A DNA stretch of 64,000 nt. Origin: Oculina patagonica. Its lineage: Eukaryota. Location: contig NC_135763.1 of assembly GCF_052425735.1 (NCBI RefSeq), positions 16,058,001 through 16,122,000 of the forward strand. The letters run 5' to 3'. The position numbers were made by a program, and so were the translations under genes. The notes under the pieces were generated by a model, which searched no databases, was not told where the DNA came from, and saw nothing but the letters and a program-made list of their open reading frames with translations. Position 1 is the stretch's first letter, and the number at the start of each line of letters is the position of its first letter. This document shows, piece by piece, positions 62,289-64,000 of this stretch.

Positions 62289-63700
62289 TGGTTTTTTCGG
62301 CGTGTGATCTGCAACTGCACCCCTTCTGGTAGTTTGCCAATAATGGCGGGCACAACAATTCCTTTGAAGTGTTTGCATTTAGGTTTAACGCTTTCAATCC
62401 TCAATGGTAAACTTCTACTGTGTCATACATGTATAGCCGACGAAGGCCTGCTGTGTCCTTGTTGTGATAGACTGGACTCACATTCAAGAGATCATTTTTT
62501 TTTATTATTATTAATTTAATTGCAACACACACACACAAAAAAGAAAAAGCTTATTTACAAATTGATTGCTTACATTAACTCTACTCACGGTACAGTTACA
62601 TACATTACTTACAGAAAAAAGAAAGACTATTTACTAATCGCCCGTAAGTAGTGCAAGTAATCGAGTATTAAATTCAAGAGATCATTAATGTGTGCTCTTT
62701 CGATGACAACTGGTTTTCCGAATCTCTCCTTTAACAAGTTGACAGCGACTTCATAGTTAGCCGTCGTGAGGGCAAGTCCTGTGATTGCTGTTTTCACTGC
62801 TTGTCCACATTTGAAGGGGTTGTATGCGCGTGAACTGCACTCTCAATACAGTCCTAAAACTCTTGCCACTCCTCGATTTTTCCATGAAACCGTTTAAGTT
62901 CTAGCTTTGGGAGCCTTGCACACACATCCGTTTGAGTCGTTTCTGGTGAACTAGTGTCGGCGCTCTGATGGGTTTTTTGTTCTGTACTGGGAGGTTTAGG
63001 CCTTAGCAGCTCAGCCAAGGAAGCAATCGTTGCGCTGATGTCTTCCTTCGAAGTACCGGTGAATCGAACTTCGTCTGCGATTTCTTCATCAGTGACACCT
63101 TCTATGCCTACTACATGTAGATCTCGCAGAATTTCTTCGTCTAACTTCCTCAAATTGGTTAATTGTTCTTCAAGACTTGCCTTTAACTGTATGATTCACA
63201 GTTTCGTTTCCGCAGAACACTCTCCTACAGCACGCTCCTTGGCCTCGGGTAAAATCTGGTTGACATAACCTCTATGTCCTTCTTGTGACTTTTGTTTCGC
63301 TTTTTAGGCCTCTGCCATTTCTGCTCAAAATTCTGCTATCTCGTCTTTTCCAGCGATAAAATAATCTGGCTCAAAGGACCAAGTGTTTGGGAACTTCTCC
63401 GGATGCTGGTTCACAATCAAAAGGACTATATCTTTCCAATGGTTGCATTTAATTCTCTCACAATCTCGTTTACAATGTTATACTCTCAATCGCTATTCCG
63501 TTCTGAATTAAAGCTTTACATCAATGGCTTAAACATCCGAGAAATGAAATACAATCATGCTGTGGTTAAATCTTGGCGTGCTATATCCTATTGTAATGAC
63601 ATAGCCTTAAATCTAGCTCAAAGTTATTCTAAGTTAGCTTTGCATAAGTACGTTATCTATTGCCTATACAGTCTGTAAGTAAAAGTCACGCAGTGTAACA
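62289..63700 (-). mobile_element. Decayed BEL/Pao LTR retrotransposon: putative 5' LTR, primer-binding site and 5' part of gag
   Basis: PBS TGGTCCTTTGAGCCAGAT (63381-63364). Candidate LTR TGTTAC..AAACA at 63700-63384 (right boundary uncertain). gag ATG at 63318 with GHRGYV, KLDEEIL, ARLPKLELKRFHGKIEEWQEF, ITGLALTTANYEVAV and LRRLY..IVVPAIIGKLPE, broken by stops and frameshifts. Confidence 0.8.
62497..62671 (-). mobile_element. 5'-truncated poly(A) LINE tail inserted in the BEL gag
   Basis: 15-bp TSD ATTCAAGAGATCATT (62482-62496, 62672-62686); AATAAA and an A-run on the minus strand. Confidence 0.8.
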
Positions 63701-64000
63701 TAAACAATTAGAATACACCGAATGCAAATATGGCGGATGACTCGGTCGTCACCTGGATCGAGCTGCATGAAAGCGAGGCTAGTGAGGCTTCGGTGTTTTG
63801 TTTTGACAATGTTTTCCTACAAAAGTCTTGCGTATTCGTCAATCTGTGTGTTTCTTTTCGCTGCACCTACGAGTTGCTGTGGTTCTGAATGCCACGATAA
63901 GTGATAGAAGTGTTCACCGTTTCCTCTAAGGGAAAAAGTGGATCAATGCAATTCATTGAGACGAAAGAAAGAAGTTCACGATCGTCGCGGGAACTATTGA

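Noticed and set aside
63722-63904. First exon of a secreted protein at the window edge
   Set aside because: Short, ends in a stop with no clear splice donor, and no downstream sequence is available to test it.

Overview
AT-rich, intron-containing animal genomic DNA. The repeat families and genes look like a cnidarian, most likely a stony coral (inference). I assembled four host genes exon by exon from splice sites and reading phases: an EVA1C-like SUEL-lectin membrane protein (-, 17266-8718), the pseudokinase STK40 (-, 32591-24877), a SPATS1-like gene head-to-head with it (+, 32964-37656) and HDAC8 (-, 11 exons, 50476-40043). Introns and intergenic DNA hold many MITEs, SINEs and LINE tails. 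The standout is a 5.9-kb DNA transposon (56413-62288) inserted into a decayed BEL/Pao gag gene. Its 34-bp TIRs begin with an RSS-heptamer-like CACGGTG, followed by a 12-bp spacer and an A-rich nonamer-like block, and its TSD is 3 bp. It carries two convergent genes: a spliced RAG1/Transib-like DDE transposase (~981 codons, one nonsense codon, C-terminal C2H2 and SAP domains, apparent loss of the RAG1 core Zn ligands) and a 229-237 aa partner ORF with no recognisable kelch/RAG2 features. All homology statements are by-eye motif comparisons; no searches were run.
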